The position numbers and the translations under genes were made by a program. 64,000 bases of DNA from an uncultured Streptococcus sp. (GTDB lineage: Bacteria > Bacillota > Bacilli > Lactobacillales > Streptococcaceae): contig CAMBAD010000002.1 of assembly GCA_945864085.1 (NCBI GenBank), positions 14,144-78,143 of the forward strand. The letters are read 5' to 3'. Every line of letters begins with the position of its first letter. The stretch's first letter is position 1. The notes under the pieces are model-generated. The model was given only the letters and a program-made list of their open reading frames with translations. It was not told the origin of the DNA and made no database searches. Shown here in pieces: positions 1 to 10,042 of the stretch.

Positions 1-711
1 TGCTGTGATTTCAATCAGATAGCTATCCAACTCACCCTTGTTCCACTCAGTAAAGATGTCTGCCATTTCCTCAACAGACAAGCCAAGCAGGTGTTGCATG
101 AGGTCATATGACTCGGCAATCAACTGCATATCACCATACTCGATACCATTGTGGACCATTTTCACATAGTGACCTGCGCCGTCTGGGCCAATGTAAGTGA
201 CACATGGTGCGCCATCTTCTGGAGCTTTTGCAGAAATTTCTTCCAAGACATCTGCCACCAATTCATAGGCTTCTTTTTGACCACCTGGCATGATGGATGG
301 GCCTTCAAGGGCACCTTTTTCACCACCAGATACACCTGTTCCGATGAAGTTGATACCTGAGTTAGCCAACTCAGCAGAACGGCGGATGGTGTCTTCGTAG
401 AAGGTGTTTCCACCGTCAATCAAGATGTCCCCTTCATCCAAGTGTGGCAACAATGCCTGAATTGTCGCATCTGTACCAGGTCCAGCTTGAACCATGAGCA
501 TGATACGACGTGGTTTTTCGATAGAAGCCACAAAGCTTTCTACATCGTAGCTTGGCACCAAGTTTTTACCTGGGTTGCTTGCGATAACATCTTCTGTTTT
601 GTCAGCAGAGCGGTTATAAATCGCTACTGAATAACCACGTGATTCCACGTTAAGTGCAAGGTTGCGGCCCATAACAGCCATTCCTACAACACCAAAATTT
701 GCTTTTGTCAT
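1..711 (-). CDS. gndA: NADP-dependent 6-phosphogluconate dehydrogenase (partial; runs off the window start)
   Basis: Minus strand from ATG at 711 reads [26 protein letters not shown]. Absent from the ORF track because its stop lies outside the window. Confidence 0.95.
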   Translation of the reverse strand, partial: MTKANFGVVGMAVMGRNLALNVESRGYSVAIYNRSADKTEDVIASNPGKNLVPSYDVESFVASIEKPRRIMLMVQAGPGTDATIQALLPHLDEGDILIDGGNTFYEDTIRRSAELANSGINFIGTGVSGGEKGALEGPSIMPGGQKEAYELVADVLEEISAKAPEDGAPCVTYIGPDGAGHYVKMVHNGIEYGDMQLIAESYDLMQHLLGLSVEEMADIFTEWNKGELDSYLIEITA

Positions 712-807
712 TAGTTTACTCCTCTAGTTAGTATCTCTTTCATTATACACTGAAAACCAGAAATTGACAAGAATTTTCTGATAATTTAACCATCCAAACT
801 ACCCAGA

Positions 808-1347
808 TTAGTCCTCGTCTTCAAACAATCCTTGTAGTTGAGCAAAGGGACTGTTGGCCTCCTTCTTCTCCTGCGCCTTCTGGTGGAAATCTTCTTCTGT
901 CATCAAGGACCAAGCCTGACCTGACGGCAAATCATTTCCTGCCTCTTCGTCTGGAGTCAAAACCTTGAGAGGGATATTGAGCAAAATATTATCTGCCACA
1001 CTTTCCTCCAAAACAATGCGCTCTTCTTCCACCACCAAAACCAGGTCCTCATCAATCAAATCTTGCTCCTTGAGGGCTGCTTCACTGGCAACAAAGAGTT
1101 CATTGACCTCTTGAACCTCCTGTAAGATAACAGGTTGAAGCGAGCGGCTTGAAGCCAGGGTAATAGCGTAGGTCATCCGGTAATCCAAGAAAAAGAAACC
1201 TGATTCAAAACGAACATTTCCAGTCACCTCTACCGGAGATAAAGCTAGAATTTCACTATTGCGGGCCTGCAATTCTTCCTGTAAATCCAAGGTTTTCTCA
1301 AAGGAAATTCCATCTGGATTTTTCTGAATATCATAAATATGAAACAT
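808..1347 (-). CDS. DUF177/YceD family protein
   Basis: 179 aa; motifs LASSRSLQPV, ADNILLNIPLKVL and C-terminal SPFAQLQGLF. Confidence 0.85.
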   Translation of the reverse strand: MFHIYDIQKNPDGISFEKTLDLQEELQARNSEILALSPVEVTGNVRFESGFFFLDYRMTYAITLASSRSLQPVILQEVQEVNELFVASEAALKEQDLIDEDLVLVVEEERIVLEESVADNILLNIPLKVLTPDEEAGNDLPSGQAWSLMTEEDFHQKAQEKKEANSPFAQLQGLFEDED

Positions 1348-1356
1348 AATTTTCCC

Positions 1357-2280
1357 CTATTCAGCCAGTTCTGTGATGTAGTTGTAAACTTCCTGACCAG
1401 CAACTGCACCATTTCCCACCGCGGTCGCAATTTGGCGGAGCTGGTTTTGACGAATATCGCCAATGGCATAAATACCTGTCCTGCCAGTCTCCATTTTTTC
1501 ATTGGTCACAACCCAACCAGCTTCATCTGTAATACCCAAATCGGCCACAGAATCGGTCATTGGATCCAGGCCAACATAAACAAAGACACCGCCAAAATCA
1601 AGTTCATTGATTTCTTCTGTCTTGACATTCTTGATAACCACGCTTTGTACCCGCAAGTCATCGCCCTTGATTTCTTCGACCACACTATCCCAGATAAAAT
1701 TGATTTTCTCGTTAGCAAAGGCACGGTCTTGGATGATTTTCTGGGCACGGAGTTGGTCACGACGGTGGACAATAGTCACAGACTCAGCAAACTGGGTCAG
1801 GAAAAGAGCCTCTTCTACCGCTGAATCGCCACCCCCAACAACCAGGAGTTTTTGACCACGGAAGAAGGCACCGTCACAGACCGCACAATAAGATACTCCG
1901 CGACTATTGTAGGTGTCTTCACCTGGAACTCCCAGTAGACGGTGTTTGGCTCCCATGGCTAGAATAACAGTCCTAGTTTCCAACACCTCATCTTCAGTAA
2001 TCACTTTCTTGATAAGCCCGTCTTCTTCGATACGCACCAAGTTACCAAAAATATGATCCACTCCAAATTTTTCCAGAGGCTCAAACATCTTCTCAGCCAA
2101 GGCAGGACCTGAAATATGGTCATAACCTGGATAATTCTCAATCTCGGCAGTATTGTTCATCTGCCCACCGTAAATACCGCGCTCTAGCAGGGCCACCTTG
2201 AGGTTACTACGTCCTGCATAAAGGGCCGCAGTCATCCCAGCAGGACCTGCTCCAATCACAACTGTATCGTACATATACAC
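1357..2280 (-). CDS. trxB: Thioredoxin-disulfide reductase
   Basis: GAGPAG FAD motif, CAVC active site, GGGDSA NADPH motif. Confidence 0.97.
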   Translation of the reverse strand: MYMYDTVVIGAGPAGMTAALYAGRSNLKVALLERGIYGGQMNNTAEIENYPGYDHISGPALAEKMFEPLEKFGVDHIFGNLVRIEEDGLIKKVITEDEVLETRTVILAMGAKHRLLGVPGEDTYNSRGVSYCAVCDGAFFRGQKLLVVGGGDSAVEEALFLTQFAESVTIVHRRDQLRAQKIIQDRAFANEKINFIWDSVVEEIKGDDLRVQSVVIKNVKTEEINELDFGGVFVYVGLDPMTDSVADLGITDEAGWVVTNEKMETGRTGIYAIGDIRQNQLRQIATAVGNGAVAGQEVYNYITELAE

Positions 2281-2286
2281 ATCCTT

Positions 2287-2511
2287 CTATGCTTTTAACA
2301 TCAGCAAGATTCCTACTATTCCGAAAGCTACAATGGGAATGGTCATCACATTGATCATCAATAGGTCAAATAGGAAATCCTGTCTCTCTTTATGCGTCTT
2401 ATCCACGCCCTTGGCCGCACGCAAGATAAACCAAGTCAAACTGCAAAAAACCACCGTTAGGGCTGCTAATAGCAAGCCCTGTATGTAAAAACTCAATATA
2501 TTTTGCAACAT
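2287..2511 (-). CDS. Small membrane protein, DUF4059-like
   Basis: 74 aa with two hydrophobic segments, directly upstream of trxB as in other streptococci. Confidence 0.7.
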   Translation of the reverse strand: MLQNILSFYIQGLLLAALTVVFCSLTWFILRAAKGVDKTHKERQDFLFDLLMINVMTIPIVAFGIVGILLMLKA

Positions 2512-2525
2512 ATTCTGTGTCTCTC

Positions 2526-3869
2526 CTAAAAGGTTTGGTGTTTGGCCTTCCGATCCGCACGTCCTTTAGCCCGCGCTTCAACCCGCTTGGTTTTGCGGCG
2601 TTTTTCATCCACCGCCCACTTGATTTTTTTCTTATAGCCTGGCTTGACTTTTTTCTTTTTCTTCTTGACCAGCCCCAGCATTTCCAAATCCAGTTTTTCA
2701 TGGGATTTCTCTCGCTGAATACGACGGTCGCGGTCATAGGTATCAACAAATTCCCCATTTTTCATTTCTTTGGGTAGGAATTTGATATTGAGTTTTTCCA
2801 ACTCGCGAATATCCGCGTCATCACTTGGCTGATAGAGGGTAATGGCAATACCTGACAGACCGTTGCGTCCCGTCCGTCCAACACGGTGGACAAAGAAGGA
2901 CAGGTCCTGCGGAATAGCGTCATTGATAATATGGCTGACGCCTTCGATATCAATACCACGCGCAGCCAAATCTGTTGCCACGATGTATTGGTAGTCCAAG
3001 TTCTTCACTTGGTTCATAATGCGTTTTCGCTCACGAGGCGGAATATCTCCATGAATCTTTGCGACACGCAAACCGTTCGCTGTCAGATAGCTGTGCAATT
3101 CATCTGCGCGTGTCTTGGTGTTGACAAAAATCATGGCCAGATAAGGCTGCATCAGTTTGGTCACTTCCAAGATTTGCGCATTCTTATCTCGACCCTTGGT
3201 TGAAATCAGCCAGTTTTCAATGGTATCTGAAATCACTGTGTGGGTCTTGATTTGCTCCATAACTGGATTGGACAAGTATTTTTTCAAAAATGGCTGGAGT
3301 TTTTGCGGAATGGTCGCTGAGAAGACCATAAACTGCAAGTCTTTTGGCAGACTGCCTGCAATCTTATCCACCGTTTCTAAGAAGCCCATGTCCAAGGTCA
3401 TATCTGCCTCGTCCACCACAAAAATCTTTGCCTTATGAATCGCCAGATCGCCTGATTTGACCAAGTCATAGATACGACCTGGTGTTCCCACCACAATATG
3501 GGGCTGACCAGCTTGGAGCTTGTCAATCTGACGGTTCTTATCCGTTCCACCTACATAATTGGACACGCGGACTTCAAGCTCCGAATGACTAGCCAACTGA
3601 CGGGCCGCTTGGTAAATCTGGGTCGCCAATTCACGCGAAGGCGCAGTAATAACTGCCTGTACTTGGTCTAATTCCTCGTTTAGTTTTTGAAAAATAGGAA
3701 TCAAAAATGTGTGGGTCTTCCCAGAACCTGTCTTTGACTCCCCAATCAAGTCCCGACCTGACAAAACAACAGGAATCAATTTTTCCTGCACCTCTGTCGG
3801 CTGGACAAAGTGAATTTCTTTCAAAGCCTCTTGAATGTAGGGCTTTAATTTCATATCTGTAAATTTCAT
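2526..3869 (-). CDS. cshB: DEAD-box RNA helicase, CshB-like
   Basis: SKTGSGKT, DEAD, SAT, HRVGRTGR and a basic tail. Start moved to MKFTDM (ATG 3869). Confidence 0.92.
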   Translation of the reverse strand: MKFTDMKLKPYIQEALKEIHFVQPTEVQEKLIPVVLSGRDLIGESKTGSGKTHTFLIPIFQKLNEELDQVQAVITAPSRELATQIYQAARQLASHSELEVRVSNYVGGTDKNRQIDKLQAGQPHIVVGTPGRIYDLVKSGDLAIHKAKIFVVDEADMTLDMGFLETVDKIAGSLPKDLQFMVFSATIPQKLQPFLKKYLSNPVMEQIKTHTVISDTIENWLISTKGRDKNAQILEVTKLMQPYLAMIFVNTKTRADELHSYLTANGLRVAKIHGDIPPRERKRIMNQVKNLDYQYIVATDLAARGIDIEGVSHIINDAIPQDLSFFVHRVGRTGRNGLSGIAITLYQPSDDADIRELEKLNIKFLPKEMKNGEFVDTYDRDRRIQREKSHEKLDLEMLGLVKKKKKKVKPGYKKKIKWAVDEKRRKTKRVEARAKGRADRKAKHQTF

Positions 3870-3923
3870 AGTTTCCTCTTTAGTTGTGCTGTCCTCTATT
3901 ATAGCACGATTTGAATGGACAAG

Positions 3924-3946
3924 CAAAAAGGACGGATGTCCGCCCT
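3924..3946 (-). terminator. Intrinsic terminator after the inserted gene
   Basis: Minus strand AGGGCGGACATCCGTCCT hairpin followed by TTTT. Confidence 0.55.
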
Positions 3947-3949
3947 AAA

Positions 3950-4783
3950 CTATTCCTCGTTCGCTGCTGTGAACTCCGCTTCAATAATTCCCAGTTCTTT
4001 TTCTTCTGCCAAACTTGCTTTAAAGGCTTCATTCAGTTCAAGTTCACCATCAAACTCACCATTTAATTTTTTCACAAAGGTATCTGCCAACATCCCTCCC
4101 ATGGGCTGGAAGGTAAAATAGGTCAAGCCCCCTGAAATCAATCCTCCCAAAATAGGGACTGCATTGGCAATGGTCTTTTCAACAGTCTTTTTGGTGATTT
4201 TCACCCCTATCACCGCAGCCACTTTTTTGACCAGAGGGTACCAAGCGGTTTTAGTCAAGGCTTATGCTGCAACTTTTTTGCCTATATTGGCCCCTACTGT
4301 TTTTGATACTTTGTTCAAGAGAACAGCCGAACCGCCCGCTCCAAACATGACACCAATATAGGCGATGACACGAATTTGAACTTCCTCTGAAATTTCCTTC
4401 CCTTGGCCGACAAATAACTCATCTTCGCCAAAAAGATAGGCAATTTGCTGCGATAAATTCAAGGCAAAACCAAAATACTGAGCAATATCTGCGGTTCCTG
4501 CTGCTACCGCTGTGAATGGATTGCCCGGTAAACCGGCCGCAAAAGAAATCAGAGAAGTCTTGGTGGTCATATCTGTGATAATCTTATCTGCCTCTTTTCG
4601 TAAAGCCGCTACACTGTACACCGCTGTTGGTCCATCTGCCAAAATCTTATCTAGATAAGGACTATCCTTAAATCGGTTTTTCAAAAATTCTTCCCTATTT
4701 ACCTTAACCATTGGAAGCTGGCTGGCAGCGGTCATTGTCTGAAGAACGACTCCATAGAGCTGTTCTTGATTGAATTGTTCCAT
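3950..4783 (-). pseudogene. EcsC-like hypothetical protein interrupted by an in-frame TAA
   Basis: ORFs 4262-4783 (GGAGGA RBS, MEQFNQ) and 3950-4258 share a frame and read KKVAA*ALTKTAWYP across TAA 4262-4264. The family call is tentative. Confidence 0.75.
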
Positions 4784-4820
4784 TTTTGTCCTCCGCAACT
4801 GATTTCTTCTATTATTTATT

Positions 4821-4851
4821 ATTTTACCCCCCCCCCGACCATATTTGTCAA
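4821..4851 (-). promoter_or_regulatory. Sigma-A promoter with a G10 tract in the spacer
   Basis: TTGACA (4851-4846), 19-nt spacer including G10 (4827-4836), TAAAAT (4826-4821). Confidence 0.7.
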
Positions 4852-4854
4852 GGT

Positions 4855-4879
4855 AAAAAAACAGCATTTCTGCTGTTTC
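4855..4879 (-). terminator. Intrinsic terminator after mraY
   Basis: AAACAGCA/TGCTGTTT inverted repeat with a T-run on the minus strand just past the mraY stop. Confidence 0.6.
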
Positions 4880-4887
4880 TGAAATTC

Positions 4888-5886
4888 TTATAGATAAAGA
4901 ATGGCCAGGGTCAATAGACTCATGACAAGTCCGATTCCCCAAAGGAAAAAGTCAACTTTCCACTCGCTCCATTTTTCAGCCTTCCCTGTCAGCCCCCCCA
5001 ATTCCAAGTGGTGATGGAAGGGGGTCATGCGGAAGATACGGCGACCTTCCCCAAAGCGTTTTTTCGTATATTTGAAATAAGAAACCTGCAACATGACAGA
5101 CGATGTTTCAATAACATAGACCAAACCAATGAGAAGGAGGGTCCATTCTTGGCGAAGGGCGATGGAAATGGTAGCTAGCATACCACCCAGCGCCAAACTT
5201 CCTACATCACCCATGAAGATTTTAGCTGGCTTTCGATTGTAAACAAAGAAACCGAGCAAGCCACCAATCATGGTCACACAAACCAAGAGAATGTCAAATT
5301 TTCGCTCATTAAACGCAATCACAGAATAAGCCAACAAACTGATAACAACAGAGATGGAAGCAAGGCCATCAATGCCATCTGTCAGATTGACCGCGTTGGA
5401 AAAACCAACCAGCCAAAACAGGACAAATAAAATGTAGAGCGGGCCAAGATTGATGAGGTGACCAAATACATTCAGCTCACCGCCACCTGCCCCTTTTACA
5501 TGGACAAAATAGAAAACAATTCCTCCTAGAATTTGTAAGGCAAGTTTCTGCTTGGGATTCAGACCTTCATTGATTTTACGGAAGATTTTCAAAAAATCAT
5601 CCAAAAAACCGACCAAGCCATAGAGGGCCAGGATAAAGAGGATGGCTAGGACACCGCCAGTCATCAAGCGTGATAGCAGAGCGGTCAAGAAGGTGACCAC
5701 GATGGAAACAGCCAGAAACACTGTCCCTCCCATGGTCGGTGTTCCTGCCTTAAACTGGTGCTGCTTGACATCCTCGTGCATCTGTTGCCCTTCGATGCGC
5801 TTGGCTTGATAAAAGGTAATAAATCGTGGTATCAGGATAACCGTTGCCAAAAAGGCTACCAGTCCCGATATGAGTGCAAACTGCAT
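4888..5886 (-). CDS. mraY: Phospho-N-acetylmuramoyl-pentapeptide transferase
   Basis: [27 protein letters not shown] and PFHHH motifs. Confidence 0.97.
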   Translation of the reverse strand: MQFALISGLVAFLATVILIPRFITFYQAKRIEGQQMHEDVKQHQFKAGTPTMGGTVFLAVSIVVTFLTALLSRLMTGGVLAILFILALYGLVGFLDDFLKIFRKINEGLNPKQKLALQILGGIVFYFVHVKGAGGGELNVFGHLINLGPLYILFVLFWLVGFSNAVNLTDGIDGLASISVVISLLAYSVIAFNERKFDILLVCVTMIGGLLGFFVYNRKPAKIFMGDVGSLALGGMLATISIALRQEWTLLLIGLVYVIETSSVMLQVSYFKYTKKRFGEGRRIFRMTPFHHHLELGGLTGKAEKWSEWKVDFFLWGIGLVMSLLTLAILYL

Positions 5887-5887
5887 A

Positions 5888-8137
5888 TTATTCTCCTAAT
5901 GTAACTGTTAATTTCTTGATTTTATTCAATTTGGTCCCTACTTCAACATTTTGTTTGACTACTTTTGAGCCCGAACCTTCGTAGGTTACCTCAATACCTG
6001 TCCATTCGGCAAAGATATCCATATTTTCTTTTGTTATGGCATATAGGTCAGGCATATCTTCCAACTTATTGGTCAACAAGAGGACTTGTTGATTAGGTGC
6101 TACCAAACTATCTTTTTCTAAGGAAACTTCCTTAATCTCAGCACCATTGCCCAGAATAACTGGTTGGACCATATAACGGCGAAGTTCTTCCGCCGACTCA
6201 CCCGGAGCTTTCCCTATCAAATCTGGTAACTTGTAGTCTGTTTCTTTTTCTACATAAGTCAAGGACGGAGCAGGTGCATCTAGATTGAGATTATCCTTCA
6301 ATAACATTGCTTCTTTCAAAGTAGGACTGATAATAGTATCCCAAGAGAGAACACTCAAGACTTCTGGCTGACGAATGGTCACATACATAATGAACTCAGG
6401 ATCCTCAGCAGGAATCATGGCCACTACCGAGTTGATATAGGCTCCTTTAATATAACCCTGGCCATCTTCACTGGCAATTTCGGCAGACCCTGATTTCATG
6501 GCAATATCATACCCTTCCACCTGGATAGCTGGACCTTGTACATCATGAGAGTAAAGAGTTCCAAATACAGGATCTGTTCCGACATTGATCATATAGCGAA
6601 GAGTATCGTCTGCCGCCTGTTCTGAAACAGGATTCCCCACCTCTTCCTTAGCAGAAATACGAGCTGAGTCTGTGTTGGGATCATAGAGGGCAGAAATAAA
6701 TTTCGGCTCCAACATGACTCCATTGTTGGCAATAGAGGTAAAACTTCGAATCATCTGAGCCTGATTGGCAGAAATCCCCTGACCGAAAGTGGACATGGCA
6801 ATGGTTACGATATTGTCTTCAGGTACCAAACCAGGGGCCTCATCTCCCATACCGAAACGTGTTGGATAGCCAAAACGGAATTTAGTCAGGTAATTCAACC
6901 ATTTCTCATCCCCCATCTGCTGTTGGAGCAGGATCATACCAACGTTACTTGACAGGGAGAAGCCTTGGGCGTAGTTCAAGGTCACGGCAGACATCCCAGC
7001 ATTGAGGGTCCAGTCATTGATTTTTGCATCGGCAATCACATACTCATTATTGGTATAATAGGCATTTGGATCAAAAGTACCGTTATCAATAGCTGATGCG
7101 ACTGTCAAGACCTTCATGGTAGAACCAGGTTCAAAGGCTTCTTGGTAAAGGAGCGAACGTTCTAGGAGTCCCTCTTGTCCCAAACCTTCCTTAGTGTCTG
7201 AATCATAGCTGGGACGTTGCGTCGTTGCTAAAATTTCTCCTGTCTTAGCCGAAACTAAAGTAGCATTGGCATAGCGACCTCTGGCGGTATCAAAGAAAGT
7301 ATTCATATTGGTTTCCAAGGACCGTTGCAGGTCTGCTGAAATAGTGGTGTAAACATCTTGTCCGTCCACTGTTTCAACTTGAACATCTTCCGTTCCTGGC
7401 AACACTCGTCCTTGACTATCTTTCTCATAGACGATTTTTCCGTCTTGTCCAGCTAGGATGTCGTCCAGATAATACTCCATCCCACTCATCCCTTGCAAAC
7501 TATGACTACCATCTTCATTTTCCACTAGGTTAGCTAAGCCGAGGAAGATAGAGGCAAAGTTCCCGTTTGGATACATCCGACCAGGACTAGCATTGAAGGC
7601 AATTCCCTTAATACCTGCCGTTTCCATATCTTGTTGGATGGCCTGCATGGTGCTATAGGAAATGGCCTTTCCCAAAGTTCCGAAGTAAACTTGCTTGAGG
7701 TCTGGCTGTGTCAGCTGCTCCATAACATAGGTCGTTTCCATACCGAGGTGGGTATGGAAAATATCAGCTACCTGACTAAACTGAGAATGCTGCACGTAGA
7801 GGATTTCTTTGGATTCAGACACATATTTTTTATCAATAATGGCATAGACGGTATAGGTGGTCGAATCCTCCGCAATCGGAATCCCTGTCCTATCGTAGAT
7901 GGTGCCACGCTTGGCTTGAATAGTCACTTCTTGCTGGTGAACTGCCGCAGCATTTGTTGACAAATCAACACCAAAACGCGTATCCGTTCCGATGATAACC
8001 GCCAAGTGAATCAAAAAAATGAAAAAGACGAAAACCGTCAGAAAAAGGAGACTTTGCCCCACCCTCCGACGATTTTTTGACGGAACATAGCGTTTTTTCA
8101 AGATATAGCGCAAGAATTTATTCGTTCTTTTGGGCAT
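5888..8137 (-). CDS. pbp2x: Penicillin-binding protein 2x
   Basis: S339TMK, SSN and K548SG motifs, C-terminal PASTA-like region, position between ftsL and mraY. Confidence 0.96.
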   Translation of the reverse strand: MPKRTNKFLRYILKKRYVPSKNRRRVGQSLLFLTVFVFFIFLIHLAVIIGTDTRFGVDLSTNAAAVHQQEVTIQAKRGTIYDRTGIPIAEDSTTYTVYAIIDKKYVSESKEILYVQHSQFSQVADIFHTHLGMETTYVMEQLTQPDLKQVYFGTLGKAISYSTMQAIQQDMETAGIKGIAFNASPGRMYPNGNFASIFLGLANLVENEDGSHSLQGMSGMEYYLDDILAGQDGKIVYEKDSQGRVLPGTEDVQVETVDGQDVYTTISADLQRSLETNMNTFFDTARGRYANATLVSAKTGEILATTQRPSYDSDTKEGLGQEGLLERSLLYQEAFEPGSTMKVLTVASAIDNGTFDPNAYYTNNEYVIADAKINDWTLNAGMSAVTLNYAQGFSLSSNVGMILLQQQMGDEKWLNYLTKFRFGYPTRFGMGDEAPGLVPEDNIVTIAMSTFGQGISANQAQMIRSFTSIANNGVMLEPKFISALYDPNTDSARISAKEEVGNPVSEQAADDTLRYMINVGTDPVFGTLYSHDVQGPAIQVEGYDIAMKSGSAEIASEDGQGYIKGAYINSVVAMIPAEDPEFIMYVTIRQPEVLSVLSWDTIISPTLKEAMLLKDNLNLDAPAPSLTYVEKETDYKLPDLIGKAPGESAEELRRYMVQPVILGNGAEIKEVSLEKDSLVAPNQQVLLLTNKLEDMPDLYAITKENMDIFAEWTGIEVTYEGSGSKVVKQNVEVGTKLNKIKKLTVTLGE

Positions 8138-8460
8138 TATTCTGCTACTCCAATATTATCATTGTTAAAAGTCAGGCCTGCTTTTTCTGCAATTTCCATC
8201 AAGCGCGCAGAGCGAATGAGTTCATTGACCGCCTGCTTGGCATCATCAATCTCAACTTGTTTTTGGTTGATTTCCTGATTGATATTGGCCATATCAGAAC
8301 GAATCTGCAAGAGCCTGGTCTGCATAAAGATAATGCCGATGGCTAGGCTCAAACCAGACAGGACAACGCTGGCATAGAAAGCTTTTTCCACGCGTGAAAA
8401 AGTTTTGATTTTATCACTAATGACACGGACAGTAGCATCTCTCGGTCTTTCTTGTAACAT
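8137..8460 (-). CDS. ftsL: Cell division protein FtsL
   Basis: 107 aa, one TM segment plus coiled coil, between rsmH and pbp2x. Confidence 0.92.
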   Translation of the reverse strand: MLQERPRDATVRVISDKIKTFSRVEKAFYASVVLSGLSLAIGIIFMQTRLLQIRSDMANINQEINQKQVEIDDAKQAVNELIRSARLMEIAEKAGLTFNNDNIGVAE

Positions 8461-8469
8461 AGGCTTCTC

Positions 8470-9420
8470 CTACTTGTGTACCCGCTTGGCAACCCGCAAC
8501 TTGGCGGAATGCGAGCGGTTATTTGCTTCGAGTTCTTCTTTGCTGGGCAGAATGGGCTTGCGATTAACCAATTCCAGCGGCGCTTTTAAGTCATCTGGGA
8601 TGAAGGGCAAGCCTTTTGGCACGTCAATGCTGCTCGCTTCCTTGAACAACTGCTTGGTTAAACGGTCTTCGAGGGAATGGAAGGTAATCACTGAAATACG
8701 ACCATCTAAAGCCAACAAGTCAATCGCCTGCTGGATGGATTCATCTGCCGCCCCCAATTCATCATTGACCTCAATCCGAATGGCCTGGAAAATCTGTTTG
8801 GCTGGATGGCCTTTTTTCTTCAGCTCCTTGGCTGGTTTGGCGGATTTGATAATGTCTGCCAACTCGGTTGTGGTCTCAATCGGCTTAACCGCACGCGCCT
8901 GTTCGATTTTACGGGCAATCTGCTTGGAAAACTTGTCTTCTCCGTACTTGAAGAAGATCCGCACCAGATCATGGTAATCGTAGGTATTGACCACATGGTA
9001 GGCAGTCAATTCTCCCTCACGATTCATTCGCATATCCAGCGGTGCGTCCTGCTTATAGGAAAAGCCTCGCTCCCGCTCATCCAGCTGCGGACTGGACACA
9101 CCCAAATCGTAACAAATTCCATCAATCTCTGTCACGCCAAGCGCAGCCAAGCGCAGCTTCAGATTGCGGAAATTATCCTTGATAAAGGTCACTTGCCCCT
9201 TTTCAATATAAGGTGCGAGGCGAATGTGGGCATGGTCAATGGCCGTCTGATCCTGATCAAAGGCATAGAGATGCCCTCCATCGGTCAACTGACTGAGCAG
9301 GTACTCACTGTGACCTGCCCCACCCAGTGTCGCGTCTACATAAATTCCATTTGGCTTGATGTCCAACATGTCCACTGTTTCATGCAAGAGGACAGTTGTG
9401 TGATTAAATTCCTTGGTCAT
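8470..9420 (-). CDS. rsmH: 16S rRNA m4C1402 methyltransferase
   Basis: [26 protein letters not shown] and FHSLEDR motifs. Start moved to ATG 9420. Confidence 0.97.
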   Translation of the reverse strand: MTKEFNHTTVLLHETVDMLDIKPNGIYVDATLGGAGHSEYLLSQLTDGGHLYAFDQDQTAIDHAHIRLAPYIEKGQVTFIKDNFRNLKLRLAALGVTEIDGICYDLGVSSPQLDERERGFSYKQDAPLDMRMNREGELTAYHVVNTYDYHDLVRIFFKYGEDKFSKQIARKIEQARAVKPIETTTELADIIKSAKPAKELKKKGHPAKQIFQAIRIEVNDELGAADESIQQAIDLLALDGRISVITFHSLEDRLTKQLFKEASSIDVPKGLPFIPDDLKAPLELVNRKPILPSKEELEANNRSHSAKLRVAKRVHK

Positions 9421-9481
9421 ATCTTTTCTATTGTACCACATTTTAAATCAAAACATTGTTGCAAACTTTTTACAAAAAATA

Positions 9482-9610
9482 TGTCAAATATAGTTGACAA
9501 GATTAGGAGAGAGGTATATAATAAAAATGTGAATAGATGTCAGATATAATTGACACCCACTGGGAAACTTCCCCTATTTTTTTAGACAATTGTGTCAGAT
9601 ATAATTGACA
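9482..9610 (+). promoter_or_regulatory. Consensus promoter with three TGTCA-N8-TGACA operators
   Basis: TTGACA 9494-9499, 17 nt, TATAAT 9517-9522. Palindromes at 9482-9499, 9538-9555 and 9593-9610. Confidence 0.85.
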
Positions 9611-9625
9611 CAGAAAGGAGGGCAC

Positions 9626-9814
9626 ATGAACCGTGTCAAAGATTATCGCCTACTGCTGGGGATTTCCCAGCTGGATTTAGCCAAGGCCATCGGCGTATCC
9701 AGGCAGACCATCAACATGATTGAAAATAACAAGTACAACCCCTCGCTAGACCTCTGTATCAACCTAGCCAAGGCTCTAGAAACCGACCTCAATAGCCTCT
9801 TTTGGAACGATTAG
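9626..9814 (+). CDS. XRE/Cro-family HTH regulator
   Basis: RBS GAAAGGAGG, ATG 9626; SQLDLAKAIGVSRQTINMIENNKYNPSL. Confidence 0.9.
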   Translation: MNRVKDYRLLLGISQLDLAKAIGVSRQTINMIENNKYNPSLDLCINLAKALETDLNSLFWND

Positions 9815-9828
9815 AAAGGAAGAACCCC

Positions 9829-10029
9829 ATGAAAAAGAATATACGTCAAGCTCTTATCTCTACCCTTATTTTTATCCCGCTCTTTGTCCTCTTTCAGCTT
9901 TGGGGCAATAGCGGAGCAGAAATCTTGCACACCATCAGCCAAGCAAAATTTTGGCTACAATTGCTGATTGCTGGAACTGTCTACTTCCTAGGATTATCTT
10001 ACCTGCCACTCATTTTTCGTCGTAAATAA
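9829..10029 (+). CDS. Small membrane protein
   Basis: RBS AGAAAGGA, start MKKNIRQ, two hydrophobic segments. Confidence 0.7.
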   Translation: MKKNIRQALISTLIFIPLFVLFQLWGNSGAEILHTISQAKFWLQLLIAGTVYFLGLSYLPLIFRRK

Positions 10030-10042
10030 ATAGGAGTATCGT

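Noticed and set aside
151-630. Three short ORFs in the track
   Set aside because: Shadow frames of gndA, which occupies 1-711 on the minus strand.
8405-9549. 190-aa and 247-aa plus-strand ORFs
   Set aside because: Antisense to rsmH, with no recognisable motifs.
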